A stretch of 64,000 nucleotides of DNA from Okamejei kenojei. Its lineage: Eukaryota. The notes below the pieces were generated by a model. That model ran no database searches, was not told where the DNA came from, and saw only the letters and a program-made list of their open reading frames with translations. Location of the stretch: NCBI GenBank assembly GCA_035221665.1, contig CM069147.1, positions 44,020,001 through 44,084,000 on the forward strand, read 5' to 3'. Position 1 is the first letter of the stretch; each line of letters starts with the position of its first letter. Shown here one piece after another: positions 60,391 to 64,000 of this stretch. A program made the position numbers and the translations under genes.

Positions 60391-61410
60391 TACCTTTCTT
60401 TCTTTCATTTTAGGTAGAAAGTGAGTTTTTTTTCGTTGAATAATATCATCAGGTTAGCAATAGTGATCGAGAGAGGATTAAAATTATCTTGCCATATCTC
60501 ATCCTTTCTAATGTTGTCCTTTTATATAAAGAATTAGAAATGAAAACAAATGGATTCAGAAATGAAGAATAATATATGTCAGAAATTTATGGAGGAAAGT
60601 GATTTTACTTTATGCATGGTCAGATTAAAGTGTTTCACAGCTTTGCGACTTAAGAAAAATCTTCAAATGTATTTTGGCTTCCACAAGAAATTCAATGATT
60701 TCTTAATGCTTGAAAACATTTATTCCATAAAATGAAATTGATATATTTTTTGTGTTGTTTTAAAAGAAATTAGCCTTTTAAAATTCATCTCATTTTGTAA
60801 TTGCTAAATGATTAAAATAAAAGGGATACATTCATCATTTACATATAAATGTAAAGATGATTATCAATAACTATGATATTGGTTAATGAAAGGGAGAAAA
60901 GGAAGAAATGAATTTACCTCTTAACTTTTCAGGATTCAGTGCTTTACTTTCATAAATTGTAACGTGAAGTTTCCTAAATTGCGATGTGAAGTTTCATGTA
61001 GATTTTCTTGCAGTGTCTGACATGAATCTTTGCAGTCATTCAATGAAATGCCGTGTTTGCAATTCTTCTCTGTCCCAGAGATTTTATTAGCAGCGGGAGC
61101 TAATTTCTTTGTGAACAAACCTGAGGTAGATTCTGCGAAAATCATTTGAAGCCCGCTGAGCAAAAAGAAACCACTAAAAAGTTTGATTAAAGCTAAAGCT
61201 CTGGTAGTCACAGCATAAATATAACCTAAATAGTAGGTTGTTTAGATTATAATATAAATAATAACAACATATTTTACTACAGGCACTGTAGTAAAATAAA
61301 TGCCTGTAATGAGTGTCAAGGATGTATGCTGCATTTCCCATAGATAAATTCTGGCTTTTGGATCTTGTCTTCCCGAAAACCGCTTTGCTACATTGCCACC
61401 GCTTGCTTTG

Positions 61411-61422
61411 CAACATGGCGTC
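61411..61422 (+). promoter_or_regulatory. Candidate YY1 motif
   Basis: CAACATGGCGTC vs YY1 consensus AANATGGCGGC, in a small CpG-containing patch. Confidence 0.35.
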
Positions 61423-64000
61423 TCAAGTAATGTAGGTTATTGTCTTGTTTGTTGCTTGACAATGAACCTCAGCCTATTTTCCTTTCTGCAATCTAAGTGT
61501 GACAGATTAACATTCACTGAGACCCAAGTGAAATATATTTGTTTGTCACAAGGGATATAATATTCAGATATCTCACCGTCATTATCATCCAAACAGAAGT
61601 GACTTCAGATTTTCATTCATTTTTCAAAAGTAATTATTTTCTGGGCCCCTGCTTAGCAAAACATGAGAATATTCATAAATGTAATGTTCAGATCTTAAGG
61701 TGCTTAATGTTTAAACTTCAGGTGTACTGCCTTCTGATGCTACAATTGGAAAAGTTCAGGAATAAATAATTCAATCTATCTAATGAAAAAGGGATTCACA
61801 TCAATATAGAAAATGCAATCTTAACTCTCATCTTTTTTAACCAGGAATTTCTGATATTTTGCACCTCTGTTTTGGTGAGAAGCTGCACATTGGCTTCAGA
61901 AAAGAAAATATTTTACATTATTTTTGGTGATCAATGGATTCTAAGAAATAAGATTAGTTCATTTCCCACAAAATATTATTTTATATTTTGCCTTGCAATC
62001 ATTATAATATCGAGTGATGGAATAATTACACCCTTCCACAATTTAAAAAAAAACTTGTTCCTCTTTTTAAAAGCTGCAGTTTTTGAGTTCAATATTTTAA
62101 TCTAAAGTACAAAGAAAGTCACATTTGGATTTCACTTTCTTTGCTAACCAGCTCATAACCATCACATATATCTGAAACAATTATAAGGCTAATAATTAAA
62201 AATTGTTGAAAAAAAAACTGTTTGATATTTGCTTGCAATAATTTGCTCTCTCTTTATTGGTCATAATAGTATTTGTTTCATAATAGAAATTGTAAATTTA
62301 ATAAATGGAGGAAATTTTGAACCAAGTTAATTGAAGAAAAAAGGCAGCTAAGTACTCTAAGTGACCAATCAAATGAAAAAAAAAATCACCTCCCATCATT
62401 GCAAGGCAATTTTACTTGCCCGGTTTGAACTCAAACTGTAGGACCTTTAATCCTTTCCAAAGAGGTAAAATTTATGCCGGTTTAAAAGGAATACAATAGT
62501 CTAAAAGATTCTTCTATATTTTTGATAGTTAATCAAAAATCATAGTATGTGATGCATAATGCATGCTGGTTTGTGCCAATATGTTGTAATAAAGTATTTT
62601 TTTCAAATGCATCGTAATACTGAAGAAGATGAGTTTAAATTATACATGAACTGTGGGTAGGTTGAATTCATTCACTGCAGACTGTAGGTGAATCTCACAG
62701 TGACCTTGATAGACTGGGGTAGTATAGAATAACGCTTGTAAAATGACTGGAAATTCTACCATTTCAAATGATTGCTGAGGCCAGAGTAGCTGATTTCAGC
62801 ATTATTCCCGGAAAATGATACTGAACAAATGTTTAAAGTACCAGTGGTTCAATTGGAGCAACGAGTTTAGACTTTCCTAAGTATTAATTGTGCAGTATTG
62901 TTGTGGAATACATTATATGTTAATCGCAAATTAATTAGAAATATTTACTAATACTCTTTGCTGGTAGTAGTGTGAAGCAGAAGCAATTTATTTTGTACCA
63001 AGACACTCAAGAAGGATGTACGATATTTACAAATAATGATGACAATGAAGTCAGACTTCAGGTTAAATTACAAGTTATAATGGAATTTTAAAATTAAGAT
63101 TGGAATGAAGCCTGGAGACACGGAAAAGATTCAGGATGATTTTGATTGAAAGAAGGATGGATGACGATTTGCAGTACCCTGTGAACTGGTTGCAATCCTC
63201 AGATTAATAATTGACTCATGGCATGTGTTCAATTCAACAGACTATTTACCATTTTGACAAAATAGTGGAAACCACTAATACACAGGGAAAACCTAGACCT
63301 TTTTTAGCATAAATAACCCTGGACAAGACTTCTGTAGAGCAATGCGTACCAGCAAAAGAGTCATGTTCAAAAAGATTGTTTCAACACTAATGAATGTATA
63401 AAATAAACCACATTTATACCCGACGGTTCATGATATGTATTTTGACTTATTTGTTGCAGTGGTGACATCAATGGAAATAATGAACTTAAAGGGACGTCTG
63501 GGTTAAGTTACACCAAGATATTAACGTACATTTAAATGCTGTTTATTATAATTCAGCTCCTTCTCTTTTTGAGCTACCAAGCAGCCCTGAATGTGAGTTT
63601 AAACAATCTGCTTTAAAGTATCACAGAAACTTGAAATTCATAAGCCGATAAAAAAAAAGTGTTTAAAATGGTGATGTGCGTGATGTTTCCATGCCCAACC
63701 TATGCAACGCTGTGCTCTGTGGTGTCACTGATTGCAATGTCTCCTCCATTAATGTGGGTTCAGGAGTTGCCTGCAGTCACTGAAAAATCACCAGTGTTAA
63801 CTGATGTTATGCCCAGACCCCTGAAAGAGGAAGCGAGCACTGAATTCACAGTTACGGCAGCAGGCACATAACTAAACCGTGCAGAATTTAGTCAGTTGGT
63901 GGGCCTCAGAAATGATCAGGGATAGACATAAGGTTCTCAGGGGAGATGGACATTACGGCAGGAAAATTGCAGGCACAGTGTGCTGTCTTATGGTGAACAG

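Noticed and set aside
60113-60424. 103-aa Pro/Ser/Leu-rich ORF
   Set aside because: Translation of a (CT)n/(GT)n microsatellite.

Overview
Eukaryotic, AT-rich, essentially non-coding DNA. The repeat content (HE1-type SINEs, CR1/HER1, Rex1/Babar, Penelope, a Tx1/L1 fragment) points to a cartilaginous fish, probably a skate or ray; this is an inference from the repeats. I find no host protein-coding gene: every recognisable ORF is a decayed retroelement fragment. Repeat-dense blocks alternate with long stretches lacking any repeat I recognise (about 7.1-10.0, 23.0-28.0, 28.8-31.9 and 53.3-64.0 kb). These carry homeodomain/MEIS, CTCF and YY1-like motifs and look like a developmental-gene regulatory landscape (gene desert or giant intron). 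The most striking system is a family of about 17 Penelope terminal-repeat insertions, mostly 100-450 bp. Their consensus contains a minimal hammerhead ribozyme core (CTGAAGA-AGGGTCTCGACCC-GAAAC-GTC), at least 8 are flanked by 9-17 bp target-site duplications, and 5 are inverted-repeat (fold-back) insertions in which exactly one arm carries a ~34-nt tail. The window also holds two PIF/Harbinger-type MITEs with TAA target duplications and several nested insertions that give a relative chronology. Family names come from motif recognition, not database searches, and the boundaries of decayed repeats are approximate.
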